A DNA stretch of 64,000 bases from an uncultured Acidobacteriota bacterium (GTDB taxonomy: Bacteria > Acidobacteriota > Blastocatellia > RBC074), in NCBI GenBank assembly GCA_963796275.1, contig CAWCKY010000006.1, forward strand, positions 1,024,001-1,088,000, read 5' to 3'. The position numbers and the translations under genes are program-made. Numbering within the stretch: position 1 is the first letter of the stretch; each line of letters starts with the position of its first letter. Below the pieces are notes generated by a model that searched no databases, was not told where the DNA came from, and worked only from the letters and a program-made list of their open reading frames with translations. Of the stretch, positions 20,322 through 30,825 are shown piece after piece.

Positions 20322-21422
20322 GGCCCTTCTATAATCGGTTAAAGCTAGCAACAGAAACAATAAAAGCTGAAACTCACACTTTTATGGCTTCTTTGTAGTT
20401 GGCGGTGAATTAACCTCTTTAACGCGGCCATCCAGTGCCGGTTTAGCATATGAGTGCCATGATTTTATGGCTATTGGGTGTCATGTATGAAAGAAAGCTG
20501 AGAAAACGTAAATGAGCGTCTCTAAATTGGTCACTTTGGACGATGTGTTATTCGGTGATTTCGGGGTAAAAAAACTGAGTCGCGTGTGTTTTGGTTGTTC
20601 TCCCTGATTGAATTATTGGCGCATGAACAGGGAACAAAATTGCAGAAGTGAATATAGAAACTTCTGAAAAGAAAAGACGCGAGTTGTAATCAGAATTCGC
20701 AACCATTTCAGCACGATCGAAACGGATGGCTCTAATCTCCCTGCATAACGAAGAGGGTAAGGTCTGCATCCGAGTGAAGCAGTTGCAAAGTTGAAGGCTG
20801 CTCAGCCTGCTTCATTCCGGCATAATACTCACAGGAAAAAGTGGTTATTATATCCACTTTTCATAATATGACGGGGACAGTCCCTCACTAATTTATGGCT
20901 CCGTTGTGGAACTTACCATTGTTCGACACGGACGAAGTTCGTGTTGCGAGTGGTGTAGCGAGCTGATTTATTCCCTCCTTTTATGATCGGCTCATAATAC
21001 TAGTGATCGGCTCTTAGCGTTGGATGATTTAAGAGAGTAGTAGGGGTAGTTTAAACATGGTGATGGAACGCAAGTATGGGCTTTTGCTTGTCATTTTGCC
21101 GTTTATTTGGTTAAATCAGCCTGGGCTCGATCGAATCATTGATCAGAAATATATACTGATGATGACCTTACCCCCCAATCATCAGTGTCAAACCGAAAAA
21201 TATTTGACCGGAAAGAAAACCTGTGAAGGCATTGCTTGTCATCGTGAGAGAGGCGCAGTCGTTGCACTTATAGGGTTTATCTCGTTTACTGGCGCGCCCA
21301 GCACAGTCTTGAAGCCGACATGGGTCGAGTTTTTCAGCACAAAGATTTAGATGGACCTGGTGTCGAAACTCAATTTGTTCACGATCAAATAACGAACTTT
21401 GGTTTGAAAGGCAAGTGCTTGT

Positions 21423-23036
21423 ATGGTTATAAGGCCACGACGTCTTTTTGAGTGGGTCGAGATTATCTGGAGAAGGAAAAGGGTTCTTTTTTTGATGGGG
21501 CTGGTAATGATGATCGCAGCATACGTCATCATCCGGCGTCTTCCTTCCGTTTATGAATCCGAGTCGACGATAGTCGTCACGCATTATCCCCAGGGTCCCG
21601 ATGACCCGGTGGGAGAGGGTTCTTCCTTCACGAGTGTCATAGCTCATCTGACCAGCCGGGGCAACCTCACCGGATTGATTCAGCGACACAAACTCTATCC
21701 CGAAATTAAGAAGGTTGATCTCGCGCTTGATCTTTTAGAGAAACGTATCAAGGCGGGACTCAATATCAAAATGCGGGGCTATGGATATCCCGACGCGCCT
21801 GAATCCATCAGGATCTCTTACCGCTATTCTGACGCGGCTATCGCGCAGAAGGTGGTGGTTGACCTTGTCTCGAACTTCGAGCGGGCTAATGAGTCGGTCA
21901 GACAACGAGCGTCGGCGGATCTGGAGGGACTCAAGGGACGGATCGAAGATGTAGAAAAGCGGCTCCAGGAATTGGGCCCGGTGCGCGACCTTGAGATGAT
22001 CCGCGCTCAAATGGCGACTCGTATGGCCAACGATGCGACCGTCAACCGCACGCAACGGATGACGGTCGGCACGATGATCGAAACGCTGGCCGATCGGGAA
22101 TATACGCTCGAACGGCAGATCACGGACATAAAGCGCCAGGTCGATGAACAAGAGAGGATCGTCAGCGCGAGCACGTCCAACGGTGTCCCGATGACTAATC
22201 CCGCGGTCGCCGCTCTGCTCGTCCGCAGAGCCGAGCTCGAGGCGAGGATCAAGGGCTACACGGAAGAATATACCGAGAAGAATCCGAAGTTAATCGATGC
22301 GCGCGGCCAGTTGGCCCAGATAAATAAAGAGCTGTCCCGGCTAGAGGCGGGCGTCAGCAGCGGCAGCGTCGCATACTCGACACCCGAGTCGACCGAACTC
22401 AGGAGGTTGAGGATGGAGTTGAATCGCCTCCAGACGGATCTGGATGTCACCAAACGGGATCTTCAGCGGAAGACTAAAGCGATGGATACCCTTCCCGCCG
22501 GGGCTGAGAAGGATCTCGCACTCGCCTCTCCCGGCGCCGATCAAGGCGGGGTACCTGGGGCGGCCGGCGTCTCATCGGACACCAAGACCGAGCACGAACG
22601 GCTGTTGGAGCGTTACAAAGCGCTGCTCGGCAAGCAGGACGAGCTCCAGAAGCTCACCGGAATCGCCGGTTCGACTGCCCCTATGTTTCAGGTGCTCGAT
22701 CACCCGAATATGCCCGGGACTCCCGTCGCGCCCAATCGGCGAATGCTCTTTTTGTTCGCGGCGGCCTTCGCCATCGGTTTCGGCCTGGTGATCATCCTTA
22801 TCCTCGAATTACCGCGCTTTTTTATCTTCAGCGATGAACGCGACATTCAGTACTTCCTGGGCGCTCCTGTTTTGGCGCTCATCCCGGAAACGGTCTCCCA
22901 TTCCGAGCGCAGCCGTCATCGCCGCTTGCGCTGGACGCGCAACCTGGTGCTGTTGTTATTCGCGGCAGCCATTATCCCGTTTCTCATTGTTTTGATCGAT
23001 CGCATGGGAGTCTTTCAGATTCTAGGAAGTCGTTAA
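21423..23036 (+). CDS. Polysaccharide co-polymerase / chain-length determinant (Wzz/GumC-like)
   Basis: N-terminal TM + PSVYES; long coiled coil with YTEKNPKL; FQVLDHP..P..PVAPNR before C-terminal TM. Confidence 0.85.
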   Translation: MVIRPRRLFEWVEIIWRRKRVLFLMGLVMMIAAYVIIRRLPSVYESESTIVVTHYPQGPDDPVGEGSSFTSVIAHLTSRGNLTGLIQRHKLYPEIKKVDLALDLLEKRIKAGLNIKMRGYGYPDAPESIRISYRYSDAAIAQKVVVDLVSNFERANESVRQRASADLEGLKGRIEDVEKRLQELGPVRDLEMIRAQMATRMANDATVNRTQRMTVGTMIETLADREYTLERQITDIKRQVDEQERIVSASTSNGVPMTNPAVAALLVRRAELEARIKGYTEEYTEKNPKLIDARGQLAQINKELSRLEAGVSSGSVAYSTPESTELRRLRMELNRLQTDLDVTKRDLQRKTKAMDTLPAGAEKDLALASPGADQGGVPGAAGVSSDTKTEHERLLERYKALLGKQDELQKLTGIAGSTAPMFQVLDHPNMPGTPVAPNRRMLFLFAAAFAIGFGLVIILILELPRFFIFSDERDIQYFLGAPVLALIPETVSHSERSRHRRLRWTRNLVLLLFAAAIIPFLIVLIDRMGVFQILGSR

Positions 23037-23121
23037 ATAGACAGTCGTTAAAAGGTGGTATCCACCGTCAACTGAGGACTACTGTGAGCGCCCGCGCTAC
23101 CCGGTAGTTGAATAGGAGAAA

Positions 23122-23937
23122 TTGATGAGGCAGACAACCGAGTTGTTTAAAGTTGTGCCGGAAGCTGTAGAGCAATTGGAAACAACGAATGGAAGAAGGA
23201 TTGAACATAACGGGTCGATAGCGGATGGAAACGCACTCGAAAAGATCGGCTATAACCATCTTCGGCCGTTCGGCAGGCCGGTCCGCGAGACGGAGATCAC
23301 GCCGGCGCGGCTAGATCCGCACCTGGTAACGCTCTATGATTTCGATCCGGAAGCGGCTGGGCAATACCAGCGTCTCGCTGTTACGTTGATCACCGGCGCA
23401 TACAAGAACCCGCCGCTCAAGCGAGTGCTTCTGGTCTCGGCCCATCACGGCGAAGGACGGACCTGCGTCGCCCTCAATCTGGCGGCATCGCTCGCGCGCG
23501 CCAGACAGCGAGTGCTGGTAGTCGACAGTGATTTTATGCGTCCGTCCGTCGGCCGCATGCTGGGCGTCGATTCCGAGATCGGTCTGGCCGAAGCATTGAT
23601 GGATGGCATCCCTCCCGAATACGCCGTCACGCGACTCCTGCCGATCGGGTTCGATATTCTGCCGACCAGAGCGCAGACCGAGAACTCTTCGCAATTGCTC
23701 GCTTCCAAGGATTTCGTGGGCATGCTGGCCGCCTTGGATGCCAATTACGATTTCATTTTGTTCGATTCCGCACCGCTGCTGGCATCGTCCGATGCAAGTC
23801 TGATCGTGCTGCACACTCATGCGACATTGCTGGTCGTCCGCCCGGGCATCACAACGACTGCTCAGATGGGGAAGGCTATTTCGATGCTCAATGAGGATAC
23901 TTTCTACGGAGTCGTGCTCAACCGCGTCGTCTCATAG
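23122..23937 (+). CDS. CpsD/CapB-family BY-kinase-like protein (Walker A Lys to Arg)
   Basis: SAHHGEGRT, VLVVDSDFMRP (A'), YDFILFDSAP (B), GVVLN. Confidence 0.85.
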   Translation: MMRQTTELFKVVPEAVEQLETTNGRRIEHNGSIADGNALEKIGYNHLRPFGRPVRETEITPARLDPHLVTLYDFDPEAAGQYQRLAVTLITGAYKNPPLKRVLLVSAHHGEGRTCVALNLAASLARARQRVLVVDSDFMRPSVGRMLGVDSEIGLAEALMDGIPPEYAVTRLLPIGFDILPTRAQTENSSQLLASKDFVGMLAALDANYDFILFDSAPLLASSDASLIVLHTHATLLVVRPGITTTAQMGKAISMLNEDTFYGVVLNRVVS

Positions 23938-23942
23938 TGAAT

Positions 23943-24014
23943 AGTTTTCAGTTTTTAGTTTCGGCAGGCGGTTCCGATCGGCGACTGAAAACTAAACGCT
24001 GAAAACTAAAAACT
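23943..24014. repeat. Inverted arrangement of degenerate GAAAACT heptamers
   Basis: AGTTTTCAGTTTTTAGTTT ... ACTGAAAACTAAACGCTGAAAACTAAAAACT. Confidence 0.5.
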
Positions 24015-24033
24015 TTTTTCTGAGGAGGAGAAT

Positions 24034-24843
24034 ATGTCAGTTAGGAAGTCGTGCTTGTTTGCCGTGATTATCGCAGTAACGTGGTCGATCTTAATCGCTC
24101 AGGTTGCCGCGCAGGCGCCATCTTCCGATAAATCGAATAATCGTAAGCAGACTGTGCCGCAGTCTGCGGGTGCGAAGTCTGAGACGGCGGCCGATACCGC
24201 CGCTACATCGTCCGATGACGGTGACAACGTGATGGTCCGGGATATCATGCGGAAATTCCGCGATAACTATCGTCTGGGCCCCGACGATGAGCTCGCGATC
24301 CGGGTCCTCAAACAACCCGACTATTCGCTGGAAAGAGTCAAAGTATCGCCGGTGGGATCGATCTTTCACCCATTGCTCGGCGAGGTCAACGTCGCCGGTT
24401 TGACGATCGAACAGCTGAAGAAGCAACTGACGACCGAGCTCAGCGAATACGTGCTCGATCCCAACCTCTACATAGAATTGCTCGTGGCCCACAGCGCCAA
24501 GATAGGAGTGATCGGCGAGATCGCCCGGCCCGGCATCATAGTTATGACCAGGCCGATGACCGTGCTCGATGCGATAATCGAAGCAGGCGGCATTACCGAT
24601 ATGGGCAAGAAGAGCGCCGTAGCCGTGCTGAGGCAACCGGTTGACGGGAACAAACAGTTGATTGAGGTCAATGTCAAAAAGATTCTCCAGAACAAAGCCG
24701 ACCCCGCAGAGAACATAGCGCTTCAGGCTGGGGACACGGTGATCGTGCACGGCAATGCCATGAAGACGCTCACGAAGATCACCTCGGTTACGGGCCTTGC
24801 AAGTCTCCTCACATTTCTCTCGATCGGGGGAGGAGGCAGGTGA
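24034..24843 (+). CDS. Polysaccharide export protein (Wza-like; Poly_export + SLBB)
   Basis: YRLGPDDELAIRV, G.I.HPLLGEVNVAGLT, VIGEIARPG, DAIIEAGG, LQAGDTVIV; GAGGAGG RBS. Confidence 0.88.
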   Translation: MSVRKSCLFAVIIAVTWSILIAQVAAQAPSSDKSNNRKQTVPQSAGAKSETAADTAATSSDDGDNVMVRDIMRKFRDNYRLGPDDELAIRVLKQPDYSLERVKVSPVGSIFHPLLGEVNVAGLTIEQLKKQLTTELSEYVLDPNLYIELLVAHSAKIGVIGEIARPGIIVMTRPMTVLDAIIEAGGITDMGKKSAVAVLRQPVDGNKQLIEVNVKKILQNKADPAENIALQAGDTVIVHGNAMKTLTKITSVTGLASLLTFLSIGGGGR

Positions 24844-24868
24844 AAGCAATTTGGGATCGGGGGGTGAG

Positions 24869-25918
24869 ATGAAGCAGGGTTTACTCAAGTTAATGAGCGT
24901 AACCGGCATGTTCGATATGTTCCGGCTGCTCAATCGCAATCGCGCCTTGATCTTGACCTACCATCGCTTCAGCGCGAATGGATACGGCGAGTACACGTCG
25001 GCCGCCGCCTTCAATGAGCAATTAGCATATCTCAAAGCCCATTATCAGGTAGTTCCGCTCTCTCATCTCGTCGAACGCCTGAGCGTGAGCGGGTCTTTAC
25101 CTCCGGGAATGGCCGCCATCACGATCGATGATGGATACAGCGATTCATACGAGATCGCTTACCCTCTGCTCAAACGATACGGCGTACCGGCCACCATTTA
25201 TCTGGTGACGGATTTCGTCGAGCGATATGCCTGGATGTGGACCGACAAGGTCCGGTATATCACAGCACAGGCGGTCGCGCAGAGACTTGCCATAACTATC
25301 GATGGCGACCAGTATCGTTTTGAACTGGATGATCACGGCTCACGGATTGCCGCGTCAGAACGGATCAACGCGGCGCTCAAACGACTCAGCGAAGAGATGA
25401 AGGAGGAGACCATCAAGCAGCTCGCATCGCTGCTCGAAGTGATAATACCGGCGACGCCACCCGACGATTTCTCCGCTGTGAGCTGGGAGGAGGTCCACGA
25501 GATGGCGAGGAATAGAATCGAATTCGGATCACACACCCTTACTCATCCGATACTGACCAATGTCGGCGATGAGCAATTGCGACAGGAATTGACCGAATCA
25601 CGCACTCATATCGAAGCCGTTTTGCGACGGCGCATTGAACAGTTTTGTTATCCCAACGGCGATTACAACGAACGGGTGACGAGCGAAGTCTCGCGAGCTG
25701 GATATGTTTCGGCGGTGACCACCGTCAGCGGTCTGGTCGAAACGGGAGATGAGCGGTTTACCCTGCGGCGAATCCATACGGAACATGACCTCCCCCATTT
25801 TTTACAGAGAACCAGCGGATTTGAACAATTGAAAATCAAGCTGCGCTCCTCGGTCGCGAAGAAATCATCTCTCCTCTCTTCGCGGGTGATCAACGCTGAA
25901 CCTGGGAAGATCAGCTAA
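24869..25918 (+). CDS. Polysaccharide deacetylase (NodB/CE4)
   Basis: LILTYHR, ITIDDGY, FGSHTLTHPIL, FCYPNG; start placed at ATG 24869. Confidence 0.88.
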   Translation: MKQGLLKLMSVTGMFDMFRLLNRNRALILTYHRFSANGYGEYTSAAAFNEQLAYLKAHYQVVPLSHLVERLSVSGSLPPGMAAITIDDGYSDSYEIAYPLLKRYGVPATIYLVTDFVERYAWMWTDKVRYITAQAVAQRLAITIDGDQYRFELDDHGSRIAASERINAALKRLSEEMKEETIKQLASLLEVIIPATPPDDFSAVSWEEVHEMARNRIEFGSHTLTHPILTNVGDEQLRQELTESRTHIEAVLRRRIEQFCYPNGDYNERVTSEVSRAGYVSAVTTVSGLVETGDERFTLRRIHTEHDLPHFLQRTSGFEQLKIKLRSSVAKKSSLLSSRVINAEPGKIS

Positions 25919-26017
25919 GTGCAGGAATTACGAGCTGATATACCCGATGTGATGTCCTGAAGGGCACAAGACGCCAGGGTCGAGAGCGATCTTCAATCCC
26001 TGGCCCCCTGGCCGAGG

Positions 26018-27571
26018 TTGCCAATTGCGAGAATGAATACCGCCACTCCAACAGAAGGGATCGAGCAGAGAAGCGAGGGTTTGACGCGCCGCGCCGCGCT
26101 CATTATGGCCGCCAACGTCATAGCCACTGCGATGACGTTTATGCTGCCGCTCGTGTTGGTACGTTCATTGAATCAGGCGGAGTTCGGGATTTATAAGCAG
26201 GCGTTCCAGATTGTGCTCTCGGCTATGGCGATCCTGAACCTCCAGGTGGCCGTCAGCGTCTTCTATTTCTCGGCGCGCGAGCCCGGCAAAAAACTGCAGG
26301 TGGCGCATAATGTCATGGTCTTTTATGGTCTGGTCGGGTTGGCGGTCTTCCTGATCTTCCTGAGCTGGCCCACTTGGGTTACCTTGATTTTCAGGAGCTC
26401 GGACCTCGTGCCGTACGTCCCGTTGATCGGGCTGGTCATCTTCTCATCGCTCGTCTCCAACAACCTCGATGCGATTCCGATAGCGAACGGTGATGTGCGT
26501 ATCGCCTCCGTCTTGATTGTGGCCGCACAGCTGGTGAAGGCTATTTTGATGATTGCCGCCGCCTACGTCTTCGGCACGATCACCGCGATCCTCTGTGCTG
26601 CCGTCCTGCACGGGGCCGTCCAGACGATGCTGATGGCGGTTTACATCCGCCGGCGCTTCGGCCGGTTCCTCGCAGCATTCGACTGGCCGCTCTTCAAAGC
26701 CCAGATAGGCAATGCGCTGCCATTCGGGATCGGAGGCATCGTGGCGATCCTCCAGAGTGACTTGCACAACTATTTCGTCTCGTACCATTTCGAGCCGGCC
26801 GTCTTCGCCATCTATGCGGTCGGGTGCTTTCAGGTCCCGATACTCAGTATGCTATCGAGCTCATTCGCGAGCGCGGTCAATCCCGAACTCGCCCGTTGCC
26901 AGGAGGCGGGCGATGCGCGAGCCATCGTCTGGCTCTGGATGGATGTGGTGCGGAAACTCGCCTTCTTCTATTTCCCGGCATTCGCACTGCTCTTCACCAT
27001 GCGTACCGAGTTGATCACTCTCCTCTTCACGGCGAACTATTCGGCATCCGTGCCGATCTTCGCCATCTACCTCATCGGCGTGCTTTATGCGGTGACCATA
27101 CATATGCATATTCTGCGCCTCTTCGATGAGCTGAAGTATTTTAGATTGAAACTCTATCTCGTGCTGCTGCCCATAACATATGGGGCGCTCTGGCTGGGCC
27201 TGCGAACTGCGGGTTTGATCGGCATAGCTATCGCGGTGATCTCGATCCAGGCGCTCGACCTGAGTATCAACCTGATAGTTATCGGGCGGAGGCTGGGCAT
27301 CCGGTATCGCGACCTCTCCCAGCTCGCGCCGCTCTTTCGCATCGGTTGCGCCGCCGTCGCCGCCGCCCTGGTTACATTCATCGCCAAGCTCGCGCTCGCG
27401 CAGTTATCCGTCTTCGCCTTGCTCTGCTTCTGCGCTGCGGTCTTCGGTTTTATCTATTTGATTGCGATCTTCCTGCTTGGCGCAATAACGCGCGAGGAGC
27501 AATACCGACTTCGTGCAATTTTCTGGCAGCGTTATTCGAGGTATAGCGCTCGCTTCAAACTCTCCTGGTAG
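26018..27571 (+). CDS. Wzx oligosaccharide flippase
   Basis: 12-14 TM segments; LVRSLNQAEFGIY, AIYAVG, ITLLFTANY. Confidence 0.85.
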   Translation: MPIARMNTATPTEGIEQRSEGLTRRAALIMAANVIATAMTFMLPLVLVRSLNQAEFGIYKQAFQIVLSAMAILNLQVAVSVFYFSAREPGKKLQVAHNVMVFYGLVGLAVFLIFLSWPTWVTLIFRSSDLVPYVPLIGLVIFSSLVSNNLDAIPIANGDVRIASVLIVAAQLVKAILMIAAAYVFGTITAILCAAVLHGAVQTMLMAVYIRRRFGRFLAAFDWPLFKAQIGNALPFGIGGIVAILQSDLHNYFVSYHFEPAVFAIYAVGCFQVPILSMLSSSFASAVNPELARCQEAGDARAIVWLWMDVVRKLAFFYFPAFALLFTMRTELITLLFTANYSASVPIFAIYLIGVLYAVTIHMHILRLFDELKYFRLKLYLVLLPITYGALWLGLRTAGLIGIAIAVISIQALDLSINLIVIGRRLGIRYRDLSQLAPLFRIGCAAVAAALVTFIAKLALAQLSVFALLCFCAAVFGFIYLIAIFLLGAITREEQYRLRAIFWQRYSRYSARFKLSW

Positions 27572-27587
27572 CATTGTGGAGTAACAA

Positions 27588-28811
27588 GTGATGGATACCC
27601 AACCTATTGTCACTCAGATAATAATCGTTCAGGCTATTTTTATAGTGGCCGTGGCGATGATCGGCTTGATCTATATCGGCTATCCGATGCTGATCTTCGT
27701 ACTGAGCCGTCTCTTCGCATTTCCGGTGCGCCAGGCCGAGATCACGCCTTCGGTATCGTTTGTCATCGCGGCTTACAACGAGGAGAAAGATCTGGCGAGA
27801 AAGATCGAGAACACGCTTGCCCTCGATTACCCGCGGGAGAAACTGGAGGTGATCATTGCATCGGACTGTTCGTCGGATCGTACCGATGAGATCGCCCTCG
27901 GCTATACCGGTCTGGGCGTATATCTGCATCGCCAGCCTGAGCGTGCGGGTAAGACAGTGGCGCAGAACCGCGCCGTTCAGATATCTACCGGTGAAATCCT
28001 GGTCTTCTCCGATGCCACCACGATGTATGGAACCGACGCGCTGCGCCACATCGTCCGTAATTTCGCCGATCCTGCGGTTGGGTGCGTCGCCGGGCAATTG
28101 ATCTACGTTGACCGTACATCGACCGCGGTCGGTCGCGGCTGCCGCTCCTATTGGGACTACGAAAAGTTCTTGAAGAGTTGCGAGAGCCAGCTTCGCTCGT
28201 TGATCGGGGTGAGCGGCTGTTTGTATGCCGTCAGGCGAAGCTGCCACGCAAAGTTGGACAACGATATGATCGATGACTTCGTGATCGCGACCGAGATCCA
28301 CCTGCAGGGGTTACGCACGATTTACGAGCCCGATGCAATCTCGACTGAAGAGACCAATGATCGGTCCCGGGATGAATTCCGCATGCGGGTGCGGGTGATG
28401 GAGCAAACCATGAGCGCGCTCGATCGGTATCGCGAGGTGCTCAACCCCTTCAAACACGGGATGTTTGCCATCCAGATGATTTGCCACAAACTGCTCCGCT
28501 ATACGCTGCCGGTCTGGCTCCTGATAGCGTTTATTACGAGCGCCCTATTGATGTGGAACTCCGATTTTTTCTTGCTGGTGTTCATGCTCCAGATACTGTT
28601 CTACGTGTTGTCGTTCGCGGGTTATCTGGGCGAAAGATTTAAACTGAGTCACACATTGCTGAGCATGCCGTACTACTTCGTCCTCGTTAACGTAGCTTCG
28701 CTGGTTGCTTTCCTGAAGTATTTTCGAGGCGAGGCCCACGTCGTCTGGGATCCTGTTCGCTCGGGAGCCGATCCGCTGCGGACTGGAAATGTTGTCGGGG
28801 AAACGGAATAA
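27588..28811 (+). CDS. Glycosyltransferase family 2 (membrane-anchored)
   Basis: SFVIAAYNEE, SDCSSD, FSDA, GVSGCLYA, DDF. Confidence 0.9.
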   Translation: MMDTQPIVTQIIIVQAIFIVAVAMIGLIYIGYPMLIFVLSRLFAFPVRQAEITPSVSFVIAAYNEEKDLARKIENTLALDYPREKLEVIIASDCSSDRTDEIALGYTGLGVYLHRQPERAGKTVAQNRAVQISTGEILVFSDATTMYGTDALRHIVRNFADPAVGCVAGQLIYVDRTSTAVGRGCRSYWDYEKFLKSCESQLRSLIGVSGCLYAVRRSCHAKLDNDMIDDFVIATEIHLQGLRTIYEPDAISTEETNDRSRDEFRMRVRVMEQTMSALDRYREVLNPFKHGMFAIQMICHKLLRYTLPVWLLIAFITSALLMWNSDFFLLVFMLQILFYVLSFAGYLGERFKLSHTLLSMPYYFVLVNVASLVAFLKYFRGEAHVVWDPVRSGADPLRTGNVVGETE

Positions 28812-28905
28812 GAAGGAAGGATTGAGTCGATGATGGGCTCGACTGGATGGAGAATAATGCGCATCCGGTTCAATTCATCGGAAAACGCGATAATTTGAGA
28901 AAGCG

Positions 28906-30493
28906 ATGAGATTATCACCAATGAACCGGGGCGCGGGGACTGGCGCCCTTATTAGGCAAGGGGAGGAATCGCGCGCTGGGGCGCTGCGCGAGGGAGCGAG
29001 CGCTGGCACGCTGCGCGAGGAATCGCGCGCTGGCATGATGCGCGAGGGAGCGAGCGGTGCGTTGTCTGAAAAACATCAGCTGGCCTTTCTCGCCACCGTC
29101 ATCTTCAGCGTATTGCTCTATCTCCGACCTCATGAGGTATATCCGGGTATCTTCGGCGTCATACCTTTCGCGAAGATAGTCGCGCTGGTCGCGATTGGGG
29201 CGTATTTCATTTCGAAGACCCAACTGGGCGAACGGATGAGCATCTGGCCGTTAGAGCTGAAGATGATCTATTTTCTGCTCTTCCTGGGATTGCTCTTCAC
29301 CCCCTTCGCCGCCAGTCCGGGCGTGAGTCTAGAGACGTTAAACGATCCATTTTTAAAAGTGGTTGTCATCTTCTTTTTGATGATCAACCTCATCGATTCA
29401 CGCAAGCGTCTTCGCATGATCATGTCCTGGAGTAGTACTCTGCGGAGTTCCCTTGGGGCTGCATGCTATCAAGAGTTATCTATCCGGAGAATTTGCTCTG
29501 AGGGGCATGCGGATCACGGGATTGGGCAAAGGCCTATTTGGCAATCCTAATGATCTGGCAATCTGTCTCAATATGTTGCTCCCGCTCGCCGTGGTACTCG
29601 GGCTGATGAGCAGTGGTATCAGGCGCATAATATTTCTGGGCGGCGCCCTGGTGATGTTCGCCGGCATCGTCTGCACCTATTCGCGCGGCGGATTTCTGGG
29701 GCTCATCTTCTCGCTCGGCTTCATGGTATGGAAGCTGTCGCATCGTAAAAGAGTTCGCACAATGGCGTTGGTTATCGTCTCGGTCGCTGTTCTGCTTCCG
29801 GTGTTACCCGGGAGTTACGGCAAGCGTATCATGACGATTTTCGAGTCGGACAGTGACACGACCGGGTCATCCCACGAGCGCAAGGAAATACTCATGGACT
29901 CGATTTCCCGGACGATGGAGCGTCCGATCATCGGAGTCGGGGTGGGTAACTTTGCGATCCATTCGCTTCATGGAATGGTAGCCCATAACTCATACGTTGA
30001 GATTGCGGCAGAGTTGGGCATCTTCGGATTACTGGCCTACTTGATCGTGATACTGGCGTCCTTCCGCTCGCTCGGTCGCCTCGAGAAGGAGGTCAGGCGT
30101 AGAGAAGGCGAGCGCGATTCGATCCATCATAAGCCGAGGTCCGGAATATTACGGATCGGCGGCGGAGATGGTGACGAATCCCAGCAAGACGTCGTCGCTC
30201 AGGAAGCAAAAAGGTCTCGTGAGTTCTATTTTCTCATAGTCGGTGTCAGGTCGACGCTCATCGCCTATATGGTAGTCAGCTTCTTCGGCTCGGTTCAATA
30301 CCTCTGGTATCTCTACTACCCGGTAGCATACGCCATATCGCTGGGGGTTATCCATGCGCTCGAGGTATCCGGAGAGAATGTGGCGTCCCCCAAGAATGGA
30401 TTACTAAGGCAGGACGGGAGTGAGAGGCGTGAGCTCAAGAGCACTGGTTTGAAGAAAGGCGTTTACTGGTTGAAATCAGCGACTGGACGTTGA
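28906..30493 (+). CDS. O-antigen ligase / Wzy-polymerase-like membrane protein, split by a frameshift near 29425-29435
   Basis: Two overlapping ORFs join into one protein: NPNDLA, TYSRGG, PIIGVGVGNF, AHNSYVEIAAELGIFG (Wzy_C). Confidence 0.8.
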
Positions 30494-30511
30494 TTCAAGT
30501 CGCCAGGGTAA

Positions 30512-30766
30512 ATATTTGAGGACTGTGCAAATTAATACCGGTGATTATCGGCAGTTTCCGATTGGCTCCGGAGGAGCCCGATGTATATAGCATTCGATTA
30601 TCTAAATCTTAAGAGCTCCGGAGGAGCGACATATGAATGTCTATATGTCGCTCCTCCGGAGCTTGTGAGATCTGAATGAACGAGTTCTATAAACATCCCG
30701 CGCCTCTGGCGCTCAGGATCGATAACGTTGATTCAATGACTTTTTATTTGCACATTCCTCAGATAT
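30512..30766. mobile_element. MITE-like element with terminal inverted repeats and an internal perfect palindrome
   Basis: Left end ATATTTGAGGACTGTGCAAAT vs right end reverse complement ATATCTGAGGAATGTGCAAAT; internal 21-bp perfect IR at 30614-30634 / 30643-30663; no ORF. Confidence 0.6.
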
Positions 30767-30825
30767 TTCGAGATTGTTACAATTCCTCCAACAACTGTTG
30801 CGAGGATTCGGGGGCATAATTATTT

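Noticed and set aside
21057-21350. 97-aa ORF in the EPS leader
   Set aside because: Atypical composition and no motif. It cannot be supported, though a small protein is not excluded.
24091-24939. 282-aa antisense ORF
   Set aside because: Lies opposite the well-supported wza-like gene; no recognisable features.
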